A stretch of DNA of 64,000 nucleotides from an uncultured Pseudomonadota bacterium (lineage in GTDB: Bacteria > Pseudomonadota > Alphaproteobacteria > Rs-D84): NCBI GenBank assembly GCA_937885575.1, contig CALABO010000016.1:4392-68391 (forward strand), in the 5' to 3' direction. The translations under genes and the position numbers were made by a program. Positions within the stretch are counted from its first letter, which is position 1. Each line of letters opens with the position of its first letter. The notes under the pieces are model-generated. The model was not told the DNA's origin. It saw only the letters and a program-made list of their open reading frames with translations, and did no database searches. This document shows, in pieces, positions 7,767-16,308 of this stretch.

Positions 7767-9509
7767 TTACTTTCCCCGTTTTGCGCTTTCGCCGTCAATC
7801 TTGCGGGTCATTTTAAGGAATTTTTCTGCGCGCAATTCGGGCAATTTTTCCGGGTCAGTTTTTTGTAGCAACTTTACTTGCTCACTCACCGTGTCCGCCA
7901 AATTCTGCATAGTCGTTTTCCAATCTGTATGCGCGCCGCCCGCGGGTTCGGGGATAATTTTATCAATCACGCGCATTTCCATCATGTCCGCCGCGGTCAG
8001 TTTCATTGCCGCCGCCGCGGTCGCACGGAACTTATTATCCTTCCATAAAATACTTGCGCAAGATTCCGGTGCAATTACCGAATAAATCGCATTTTCAAGC
8101 ATTAAAACACGGTCGCCGGTGCCAATTGCAATTGCGCCGCCGGATCCACCTTCGCCCACATTTACGGCGATGTATGGTGTCTTTATTGAAAGCCCTGTTT
8201 GGATTGATGTGGCGACGGCTTCGGACTGGCCCCGTTCTTCGGCGGCCGAACCGGCGAACGCGCCCGCCGTATCAAACAGCGATATTACCGGCAAATTAAA
8301 CCGCTCCGCCAAACGCATTAAACGCTGGGCCTTGCGATAACCTTCTGGATTTGGCATACCAAAACGATGCAATTGACGCGTTTCAATGGTGCGACCTTTT
8401 TCCTGACCAATAATCACCGCCGGAATGCCGTTCCACAGACCAATCCCGCCACACATTGCCGCATCTTCACCAAACAATCTATCACCCGCAAGGTATGTCC
8501 AATCGTCAACAATTCCGTTGATATAGTCCAAGAAATGCGGGCGATTTTCGTTCCGCGCAAGCAGCACCTTGTCATACGCGGGCGTTTCACCCATGCCGCG
8601 CGCCTTTTTCGATGTGTCATTTGTGGTCGCGGGTGTTTGCACCGAAATTTCATGCGGCGCGCCCGCCCCGCCCATCAACACGCGCAGGATTTTTTCAAGC
8701 CGCGCCTTTAATTCCGCGCGTGGCACAACCATATCGACCATGCCATGTTCATATAGGTAATCCGCCGTTTGGAAATTCGCGGGCAATTTTTCACGAATAT
8801 TTTGTTCAATCACCCGTCGTCCGGCAAAGCCAATACGCGCACCAGATTCCGCGATATTGATATCGCCCAACATTGCAAAGGACGCGGTCACGCCACCATA
8901 TGTTGGGTCGGTCAACAGCACAATGTATGGAATCCGCGCGGCGTGCAATTTGTTCACCGCAACGGTCGTGCGCGCCATTTGCATCAATGAAAGTATGTTT
9001 TCCTGCATCCGGGCGCCACCACTGCACGCGACCATAATCAATGGCTGGTGTGTTTCGATTGCGTGTTGTGCACTGGCCACTATGCATTCGCCCGCGACGC
9101 GGCCCATTGAGCCCATCATAAATTCGCCGTTCAGGATACATATTGTCGTTGGAATTCCGCCGATTTTTCCGTCCGCCGTTGTGACCGCATCGTTATAGCC
9201 GGTGTCGGCACGCGCCTCCGCCAACCTTTCGGAATAAGGCATACGGTCCACAAACCCCAGTGGATCGTCCGGCATAGTCGGCAATGGGATTTTTTCCCAA
9301 GTGCGATCATCGAACAGCAAATCAAAACGCTGTTTCGGATTCATGATAAACGCGCGCCCGCAACGCGGACAGATATAGTGGTTGGTTTTATAATCTTTGT
9401 AATAAACCAACTTCCCGCAAGATTCGCACTTTATCCACATAAGTTTGCGGACGCGGTCGTATTTTTCACGGTTTTTGTTTTTTATTCCGGAACTTTTACC
9501 GAATAACAT
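7767..9509 (-). CDS. accDA: Acetyl-CoA carboxylase carboxyltransferase, fused beta (AccD, N-terminal) and alpha (AccA, C-terminal) subunits, 580 aa
   Basis: N-terminus has the AccD zinc ribbon CESCGK...CPRCG plus GGARMQE...LTDPTYGGVTASFAMLGD. C-terminal half matches AccA (LAGDRLFGEDAAMCGGIG...GQEKGR...FGMPNPEGYRKA...IDTAGAFAGSAAEERGQSEA...GEGGSGGA). Single uninterrupted frame. Confidence 0.85.
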   Translation of the reverse strand: MLFGKSSGIKNKNREKYDRVRKLMWIKCESCGKLVYYKDYKTNHYICPRCGRAFIMNPKQRFDLLFDDRTWEKIPLPTMPDDPLGFVDRMPYSERLAEARADTGYNDAVTTADGKIGGIPTTICILNGEFMMGSMGRVAGECIVASAQHAIETHQPLIMVACSGGARMQENILSLMQMARTTVAVNKLHAARIPYIVLLTDPTYGGVTASFAMLGDINIAESGARIGFAGRRVIEQNIREKLPANFQTADYLYEHGMVDMVVPRAELKARLEKILRVLMGGAGAPHEISVQTPATTNDTSKKARGMGETPAYDKVLLARNENRPHFLDYINGIVDDWTYLAGDRLFGEDAAMCGGIGLWNGIPAVIIGQEKGRTIETRQLHRFGMPNPEGYRKAQRLMRLAERFNLPVISLFDTAGAFAGSAAEERGQSEAVATSIQTGLSIKTPYIAVNVGEGGSGGAIAIGTGDRVLMLENAIYSVIAPESCASILWKDNKFRATAAAAMKLTAADMMEMRVIDKIIPEPAGGAHTDWKTTMQNLADTVSEQVKLLQKTDPEKLPELRAEKFLKMTRKIDGESAKRGK

Positions 9510-9512
9510 AAT

Positions 9513-9791
9513 TTATCCATTCATTCTTTTGGTTAGTTCGCGACTGGGCCTAAACAAAATCGTCGTGTTTGCGGGCAAGTGCATCGGTTGCCCGGTCACG
9601 GGATTATAGCCAGTTTTCGTCGCACGCGGACGCGGACGAATCGTGCCAAAGCCCCGAATTTCAATACGGTCACCACGTGCCACCGCATCAATCATCGCAT
9701 CCGCCACCGTATCCAACACCGCCGCCGCATCAACAGTGCGCATGCGCCTAAATTGAACCCGAATAGTGCGTATAATATCAGAACGTTTCAT
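9513..9791 (-). CDS. HU/IHF-family DNA-binding protein (IHF beta-like), 92 aa
   Basis: GDRIEIRGFGTIRPRPRATKTGYNPVTGQPMHLPANTTILFRPSRELTKR is the HU/IHF arm and body signature. Confidence 0.75.
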   Translation of the reverse strand: MKRSDIIRTIRVQFRRMRTVDAAAVLDTVADAMIDAVARGDRIEIRGFGTIRPRPRATKTGYNPVTGQPMHLPANTTILFRPSRELTKRMNG

Positions 9792-9939
9792 TTGTTTTTC
9801 CTTTTTGGACTTTCATAATACCACCAACAAAAAAATAATTCAAGTGTTAGTGTTATCGCGGAAATTCACATAAGAATTCTATCTTGGGGAAAAGGGGCCG
9901 CGTATTTGGTAATATATATGGTGAACCAAGGGAGAAAAT

Positions 9940-10687
9940 TATGAAAGAAATTTTTAACGAATTCGAATATGAAAACACCATACCGCTTATTGGTGAACCG
10001 GCGCCGGAATTTGGCGCGAACACCACGAACGGATATATTCACTTTCCGCATGATTATCGCGGGCATTGGGTTGTGTTCTTTTCACATCCGGGCGATTTTA
10101 CGCCAGTTTGTACGACCGAATTTATGACTTTCCAATCAATGGCAGATGAATTTCGCGCGCTGAACACGGAACTGGTTGGGCTTTCGGTTGATTCGAATGC
10201 GTCGCACTTGGCGTGGATTCAAACAATTCGCAATGACATTGTTTTCCAAGGTTGGAAGAATATGGAAATAACTTTCCCGGTCGTGGCGGACGCGTCCGGC
10301 GATGTCGCACAAAAATACGGAATGTTGCACCCGGCGGTTGGCGACACAGATACTGTGCGGGCGGTCTTTGTAATTGACCCACGCGGGATTATTCGCACGA
10401 TTCTTTACTATCCGAAATCGGTCGGCCGCAATATCACGGAGATAAAGCGCATTGTTATCGCGCTGCAAACCTCAGACGCATTTCATGTCGCCACGCCCGC
10501 CGAATGGATTCCGGGCGAAGATGTTATCGTTCCCGCGCCGGGCAAAATTTCCGATATTAGGCGCGCCGGCGATCGCGATTGGTTTTTGAAATTCAAATCG
10601 ATAAGTCCGGAAATGATTCTAAATAAAATCACGAATAGAAAACTTATCGATAACGGCAAAAAACGGCAAAAATCAAAAAAGAAATAA
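9940..10687 (+). CDS. 1-Cys peroxiredoxin (Prx6 family), about 249 aa
   Basis: HPGDFTPVCTTEF peroxidatic-Cys motif. GGGAG RBS before the ATG at 9940; the track ORF extends to 9884. Confidence 0.8.
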
Positions 10688-10698
10688 TGTGGCAAATT

Positions 10699-10718
10699 CC
10701 CCAAGGTTCGCCTTGGGG
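10699..10718 (+). terminator. Hairpin ccccaagg-ttcg-ccttgggg after the peroxiredoxin gene (weak T-tract)
   Basis: Perfect 8-bp stem immediately 3' of the stop codon. Confidence 0.35.
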
Positions 10719-10812
10719 ATCTATATTGCACAAAACACTTGACAATATATATTTTTGAATATATAATATCCATGTAATTTATTCCATCACTAAAAAACAT
10801 AGGAGGATATGG

Positions 10813-11733
10813 ATGAATTTTAAACAAAAGGTTATATATTTTCTTTCAATGGCGGCGTTGCCGTTGTTCGGTTGCCAAAAGGAACCGGCACCTGAAACCC
10901 CGCATACTGATTCCGTGGAAACAAATTTCCATGACGGACGTTATGAAAAGACCATCGATTTTAGTTGGGAATATTTTGTAATTGGGCCGCATTATGACCA
11001 TGTACAATTCTATGTTAATGATCCAATGTGTGTTTCATTGCAAATTGTGCCGGATTCAACGGATCAATCGGTTAAATGGTCGTCTTGGAAAAATCCGAAT
11101 CAATGGATTGATATTGCCAATCGATTTGAAGACATTAAAAATAATTCCCAAGAAAAAGCAAAATTTGGCGGGGTTATCTATGTTGCGCAAATCACAGATG
11201 ACGCGTCAAGCGTATTGCCTGGGATGGACAAATGGACCGCAAACCATTTCAAAGAATTGGGTTTCACGATCAAAGAAGCCCAAGGCAAAGCAAAGAATAA
11301 CTTTGCAACCATGCCAAAGGAAACACCCCAGGCTATGCCATCAAAAAAGCAACGCGATGGAAACTATGAGATTACATATGGGCACAATCATTTCCGTGCC
11401 GGCCCATGCGAAGACCATGTTGCGTGTCGCGCCGCCCAATATTCTGCCGTGACCATAATACCAGATTCGACCCTATGGTCCGTTGTGGAACAATGTGGCA
11501 GCCTTGGTCGGGAAGATTGGGATTATATCGCGGCACAATTTAAACGGTATCAAGACCAATATAGCGTGATATTCAAGGGGAATCTTTATCCGTTCCCGGG
11601 GCGTATGAGTCCAGAAGCACAAACGATTTTCAAAAAATTGGGTCTGAATATCATTGAAACCCAAGGTGCCAAGTCGGCACCCGCAATGCCATGGAATCAG
11701 GCACAGGAGATGTTACGGAATAAACAAAGGTAA
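10813..11733 (+). CDS. Lipoprotein, hypothetical, with an internal tandem duplication (306 aa)
   Basis: Lipobox LPLFGC after an N-terminal signal. Two homologous halves (HFKELGFTIKEAQGKAKNNFATMP / IFKKLGLNIIETQGAKSAPAMP). AGGAGG RBS. Confidence 0.6.
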   Translation: MNFKQKVIYFLSMAALPLFGCQKEPAPETPHTDSVETNFHDGRYEKTIDFSWEYFVIGPHYDHVQFYVNDPMCVSLQIVPDSTDQSVKWSSWKNPNQWIDIANRFEDIKNNSQEKAKFGGVIYVAQITDDASSVLPGMDKWTANHFKELGFTIKEAQGKAKNNFATMPKETPQAMPSKKQRDGNYEITYGHNHFRAGPCEDHVACRAAQYSAVTIIPDSTLWSVVEQCGSLGREDWDYIAAQFKRYQDQYSVIFKGNLYPFPGRMSPEAQTIFKKLGLNIIETQGAKSAPAMPWNQAQEMLRNKQR

Positions 11734-11737
11734 AAAA

Positions 11738-11761
11738 TGGGGCGCGTTTGCGCCCTTTCTT
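11738..11761 (+). terminator. Rho-independent terminator (ggggcgcg-ttt-gcgccc + TTTCTT)
   Basis: GC stem followed by a T-tract right after the lipoprotein stop. Confidence 0.6.
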
Positions 11762-11888
11762 AAAACTTTAACGGCCAATCGCGGATATCGGCGGGCATGG
11801 ATTCGGATTCCGGTTGCCATTGAAAATCCGGCATTTTTACGCGTTTGTCACGGGTAAATTTTACACCTTCGGCCTTTAATGCCTTGTA

Positions 11889-12110
11889 TTATTGATCAAA
11901 AAATTGTTGGCTACAAATACTGCCATCTTTGAACACAACGCGATGCCAAGGAAGATGCCAACTTTTTTTGTTATTTGATGCATAGCCCACAAAGCGCGCC
12001 ATTTTCGGCCGGCCAATCATGCGCGCTATTTGACCAAATGTTGCCACGCGACCGGCAGGAATTTTCGCCACAATTTCATAAACACTTTCATTAAAACCCT
12101 TTTCCGACAT
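11889..12110 (-). CDS. Alkyltransferase-like protein (ATL; MGMT-fold DNA-binding domain lacking the active-site Cys), about 73-96 aa
   Basis: VYEIVAKIPAGRVATFGQIA...PWHRVV. The PWHRV motif with Trp replacing the PCHRV cysteine is diagnostic of ATLs. The start is uncertain; the upstream frame overlaps the next gene. Confidence 0.65.
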   Translation of the reverse strand: MSEKGFNESVYEIVAKIPAGRVATFGQIARMIGRPKMARFVGYASNNKKSWHLPWHRVVFKDGSICSQQFFDQ

Positions 12111-12835
12111 TAGTGTCCCCGTAAAATTCCGCGTGCAACCGCATTGCCAACCAACCTTTGCACCCGTGCATATTCGCATAGCGTGATTTTTTCCTGTAAT
12201 TTATTTCCAAATTCGCGACGACGCATATTCGCGTTTAATTCCAACGGATTTTGTTTGTATAAGTTAAAGTCTTGTTGTGGTTTGATATAAAACGCCATCG
12301 AAAGGTCACGAATATCCATATCAAGTGGACTAATTGACGGGAAAAACATATCAACGATATGGGTGCTTTCGTGCCGCAGGTCCATAAGAAAATTTATCAA
12401 ATTATCATAATACCGAAAATTCGGGTTCACATTGACCGTGCCACGCGGTGACACCGACATTTGGCCGTCGGTCACGTGCGACACGGAAATTTTTGGCACG
12501 GATTCCACCACTTTATCGTTATACTTTTTCGCACGACCTGTTTGGGTGTCCGATTGTACGCGTTCGACAAAACGTTTGATAATGTTGCCCGCCACAGCCA
12601 ATTTTTCGGGGGCCGATTTTTTCGCCCAATCGCGTGCCATATCAAAGACATTTAATTCTTCGCAAACCGACATAAAAACACCATCAACGTATTCCGCAAA
12701 TTGTTCAGATTTTGTTTTTTCGATTTTGCCGGCGATTCTACGGGCCTGTGTCACCCTATATGTATTCCATTTGGTGGGCGATTGCATTGCGTTTATGATT
12801 TCAGTGATTTGTGGTTTAGAATTTTGATTCATCAT
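12110..12835 (-). CDS. Hypothetical protein with an HExxH motif (possible zinc metallopeptidase), about 241 aa
   Basis: RHESTHIVDMF contains HExxH. GAGGTG RBS precedes the ATG ATG at 12835; the track ORF starts at 12859. Confidence 0.5.
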   Translation of the reverse strand: MMNQNSKPQITEIINAMQSPTKWNTYRVTQARRIAGKIEKTKSEQFAEYVDGVFMSVCEELNVFDMARDWAKKSAPEKLAVAGNIIKRFVERVQSDTQTGRAKKYNDKVVESVPKISVSHVTDGQMSVSPRGTVNVNPNFRYYDNLINFLMDLRHESTHIVDMFFPSISPLDMDIRDLSMAFYIKPQQDFNLYKQNPLELNANMRRREFGNKLQEKITLCEYARVQRLVGNAVARGILRGH

Positions 12836-12954
12836 GATAACACCTCTTGGCTCTGACATATATATTATATAGGAAATGCAACATGGTTTTCAATGGGGAA
12901 AGTTGTAAAAAATCACCTTGCAAAATGTTTAGGCATGTGTATAATACCCGCACT

Positions 12955-13045
12955 GGAGATATGGCAGAGCTGGTTGAATGCGCACGACTCGAAATCGTGT
13001 ATACAGGAAACTGTATCGAGGGTTCGAATCCCCCTATCTCCGCCA
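12955..13045 (+). tRNA. tRNA-Ser (anticodon CGA), type II
   Basis: ggagatatggcagagctggttgaatgcgcacgactCGAaatcgtg-[variable arm]-gggttcgaatccccctatctccgcca. Confidence 0.85.
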
Positions 13046-13212
13046 CAATAAAATCTTAAAAAATTCGCTTTATGCGAATTTTTTTGATTTTATCGGCTAC
13101 GACATGGGATGTGTGCGAATGGCGACGCCACGCAGCACACAATACGAAGATACACAATTAGAAAAATCATAAAAACAGAGTTTTTGTCCCCACGAGTTTT
13201 TATAGATTTTTC

Positions 13213-13252
13213 TTATTGTGTATCGAGGGGGCTATCTCTGCCACAAAAATCA
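13213..13252 (+). repeat. Degenerate copy of the tRNA-Ser(CGA) 3' end (T-loop deleted) about 170 bp downstream
   Basis: gtatcgagggggctatctctgccacaaaaatc versus the tRNA gtatcgagggttcgaatccccctatctccgccacaataaaatc. Confidence 0.55.
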
Positions 13253-13340
13253 AATCGTCCTTGCGACCATTTTTTATCGTGATTGGTATTGGATTGCCAC
13301 CTGCAATGCAAGCACACAGTGTCGATGTGCCATCTTCTTT

Positions 13341-13667
13341 TTATTGAACGTTTTTAACCCAATCAAACAATCCTTCTTCTTTATGTTCTTGTTTGTATTT
13401 TTCTGTTTTTTTAATTAGCATTCGCATTCTTAGATTATCATATATAACAAAAGGCCATAACACTGGCAATATTACAACTATCAACCATCCCAATAATACT
13501 TCTTTTTTATTTATGAACATAATACTTACTCGTAATGTGATGATTATAATTATACCAGAATAATATATAACAATCAATATATCATCTCTCGCATATCTAA
13601 TACCGTTCTTTTTTTCAACTCCGCCATCCGCTTTCGCTACAACGAAATTGGTTTCTCTGTAATTCAC
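13341..13667 (-). CDS. Small hypothetical membrane protein (108 aa)
   Basis: Two hydrophobic helices; AT-rich. Confidence 0.3.
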   Translation of the reverse strand: MNYRETNFVVAKADGGVEKKNGIRYARDDILIVIYYSGIIIIITLRVSIMFINKKEVLLGWLIVVILPVLWPFVIYDNLRMRMLIKKTEKYKQEHKEEGLFDWVKNVQ

Positions 13668-14815
13668 ACTTCAAAATCGTAATTTTTGATAGATTTGACG
13701 ATGGCGGCAACCAGTTTATCTTGGTGCGCGGAACTTTTTAGCAATTTTTCTTCGGCCTTGTTCGACAAATGCCCGCATTCAATCAGTGCGCCCGGCACGG
13801 TTGAACGCAACACCGCAAGTGGCGCATGGCGAACGGCGGGGCCGGCCTGTTGCTCTATGCCTGCGCGATTAAACGCACGCGCGCAACCGTTTGCGTATTC
13901 CACACTCATTTCCGCAACCGCATGTTGTTGCAATGACGAAAGCGCGATGCGAATATCTTTGGAAAAACTTTCAAAACCGGTCACATCAATTTTGTCAGCC
14001 GCATTTTCGGCATCCGCAAGTTTTTGCGCTTCTTCGTCCGATGCCTTTTCCGAAAGGGTATAAATTGAAAATCCCTTGACCGAACGACTTGGGTTTGCAT
14101 TTGCGTGAATTGAAAGGAACAAATCCGCGTGACGTTTTTCCGCAATTTCCGCACGTTCGTTTAATTTCAAATAATTATCATCACTGCGCGTCATATATAC
14201 CGTAAAGCCGGCGTTTCTAAGTGCGCTGCGCAATTTTTGTGCGACCGACAAAACGACCGTTTTTTCCTTGGTCCCGCCCCGCCCTATGCATCCGGGATCT
14301 TTGCCACCGTGACCGGCATCAATAACGATTACATGCTTTTTTTCGGCCGGCGCAGTGGTTGTTGTGGCCGCCGCGGTCGTGGCCGCCGCAGGCGTGCCGG
14401 CAACAAAGTCCAGCACAAGTCGATAGTCATTGTCGCCGTTCGGTTCCAAAACCATAATCTGGTTCTTTGGAATTTCGGCAACTGGCTTTTTCAAATCCAA
14501 TATAATGTTCACGGAATCACCAATTTGTGTCTGGGATACATTACGCACCAATGTTCCCGATGCCAATTTAGGCTTCACAGAATCATTCGCCGGCGTATTT
14601 GATAACTTTACCGTCAATGTGTTTTCGCCATAGACCAATGTATATGACGGCCGGTTTGCCGTTTCAACGACAAAACGCGTCTTGTTTCCCGGCTGCACCC
14701 CCGTGCGCATAGATTTAATAGAATTACGCGCTGCAAACGCCATGCGCGGAAACGCGCCCGCGACGACTATACCGATTCCGGTAATTTGCAAAATATGACG
14801 TCTGGATACCTTCAT
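13664..14815 (-). CDS. N-acetylmuramoyl-L-alanine amidase, AmiC-like, with a Tat signal
   Basis: IVIDAGHGGKDPGCIG...LFLSIHANA amidase_3 motifs. Tat motif SRRHILQ follows M at 14815; the track ORF extends to 14854. A near-consensus promoter lies inside that extension. Confidence 0.8.
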   Translation of the reverse strand: MKVSRRHILQITGIGIVVAGAFPRMAFAARNSIKSMRTGVQPGNKTRFVVETANRPSYTLVYGENTLTVKLSNTPANDSVKPKLASGTLVRNVSQTQIGDSVNIILDLKKPVAEIPKNQIMVLEPNGDNDYRLVLDFVAGTPAAATTAAATTTTAPAEKKHVIVIDAGHGGKDPGCIGRGGTKEKTVVLSVAQKLRSALRNAGFTVYMTRSDDNYLKLNERAEIAEKRHADLFLSIHANANPSRSVKGFSIYTLSEKASDEEAQKLADAENAADKIDVTGFESFSKDIRIALSSLQQHAVAEMSVEYANGCARAFNRAGIEQQAGPAVRHAPLAVLRSTVPGALIECGHLSNKAEEKLLKSSAHQDKLVAAIVKSIKNYDFEV

Positions 14816-14825
14816 TTCGGTGGGT

Positions 14826-14854
14826 ATTATATCAAAAAAAATTCCGCGGTGCAA
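14826..14854 (-). promoter_or_regulatory. Sigma70-like promoter TTGCAC-N17-TATAAT, 10 nt upstream of the amiC-like ATG (short or leaderless mRNA)
   Basis: Minus strand reads ttgcac cgcggaattttttttga tataat acccaccgaa ATG. Confidence 0.45.
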
Positions 14855-14934
14855 GGGATGGATATCCGTCTCCGTCCGTCACCGCAAAGCGGTGCCATGA
14901 CTACGCCAGGGCTTTGCCCTGGCTTGGCGTTAGT

Positions 14935-15035
14935 TAACCACACCCTGCCCCGCTTTTGCTATCGCTACAGCGAGGGCACCCCTCTCTAGAGGGGAACTTT
15001 ATAATCACTAACACTCTCCACTAAAAACGTTTGCT
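14935..15035. repeat. Partial copy of the dispersed palindromic repeat family (cccctctctagaggggaactt + cactaacactctccactaa)
   Basis: Shares the GAGGGGAACTT palindrome and the GTGTTAGTG/CACTAACAC arms with the copies at 40846, 41380 and 55353. Confidence 0.55.
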
Positions 15036-15078
15036 TTTTATTTTTTCGGGTGTTATTCTGTGAACTCGTGGAAGGTTT

Positions 15079-16107
15079 ATGATGTCACAAAAGACAAAGA
15101 AATTTTTCAAAAAACTGATCGGTTATTCGGGTTTGGTGTTTTTCTGTGTTGCGGCCGGGATGCTTTGGTGGCAATTACGCAATTATTCACTGGGCGATAT
15201 TGCGCGGGCGCTACTGGATATTCCATTTGTGAATTTGGTTGCAGCGTCGGTTGCATGCTTTGCGGGGTATGTCGCGTTGGCATTGTATGATTATTTGGCA
15301 CTGCATTATGTTGGCGCGGGGGGCAAGGTTTCTTGGTGGAAATGGATGTTGGCCGGGATGCTTGGGTTCGCAATAAGCAATAATGCCGGTCACGCGGTGG
15401 TGTCTGGTGGCGCAATTCGTTATCGGCTTTATACGCGGTGGCGCATTCGTGGTGGCGATATCGTTAAAATCGTGACAATCAACGGGTTCACATATTTTTT
15501 GGGTGCAACGGCGATTGCGGTTGTGGGTTATTTCCTTATACCGCATGATATTTTTGCCGAATCGGTCGGTGCGTCGGTGGGCCTTAATACACTATTTATA
15601 TTCTGTTTGGCGGCGTTGCTTGCCTATTTCGCGATTACGGTATTTTTCCGCAACAAAAGCGTTAAAATCGGGCAACTTAAATTCAATGTTCCGTCAACAA
15701 AAATGGCGTTTTTACAAACACTGCTTGGTATGACGGACAGTGTTTTGGCGGGACTGGTTCTCTATTTTTGTATGACGCCGTTTGTGCAGATTCCGTTTGG
15801 AACATTTATCGGACTGTTCGTCGTGGCGCAAACAACCGGTGTTTTTAGCCAGGTTCCTGGCGGAATCGGGGTGTTCGAAAGTGTTTTCCTGATCGCCCTG
15901 CCCGACGATATTGACAAGGCAAGTATTTTCGGTGCGTTACTTGCATATCGTATAATTTACTATGTGTTGCCACTTATTGGTGTTGGTGGTTTGTTCTTTA
16001 TCTATGAACGATGGCTACGCGCGCGTATGAAGCGTTGGATTGAAGAAGCCAAGCAACGAATTCCCCATTTCCCGGGATTTTCAAAGAATAAAAACACAAA
16101 CGAATAA
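15079..16107 (+). CDS. UPF0104/YbhN-family integral membrane protein (MprF flippase-domain-like), 342 aa
   Basis: Eight or more TM helices; KKLIGYSGLVFFCVAAGMLWWQLRN...GGAIRYRLYTRW pattern is typical of the YbhN/LPG-synthase TM region. GGAAGG RBS. Confidence 0.6.
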   Translation: MMSQKTKKFFKKLIGYSGLVFFCVAAGMLWWQLRNYSLGDIARALLDIPFVNLVAASVACFAGYVALALYDYLALHYVGAGGKVSWWKWMLAGMLGFAISNNAGHAVVSGGAIRYRLYTRWRIRGGDIVKIVTINGFTYFLGATAIAVVGYFLIPHDIFAESVGASVGLNTLFIFCLAALLAYFAITVFFRNKSVKIGQLKFNVPSTKMAFLQTLLGMTDSVLAGLVLYFCMTPFVQIPFGTFIGLFVVAQTTGVFSQVPGGIGVFESVFLIALPDDIDKASIFGALLAYRIIYYVLPLIGVGGLFFIYERWLRARMKRWIEEAKQRIPHFPGFSKNKNTNE

Positions 16108-16308
16108 AATATCCTTGCCAAATGATTGGGGGCGTGGTAAACTTTTACCCAACGTATAATATGGGGTTGTAAAACATGTTGTTTTTATTTCCTTTGATTC
16201 GATTGGCGCTGTGTCTTATCGTGGCGTATTCCCTTGGCATGGGCTTGGACGCCCCACGGGGACGGATTAATGGCCATTTATACGCAATAAACATAAAAGG
16301 ATTATCAA

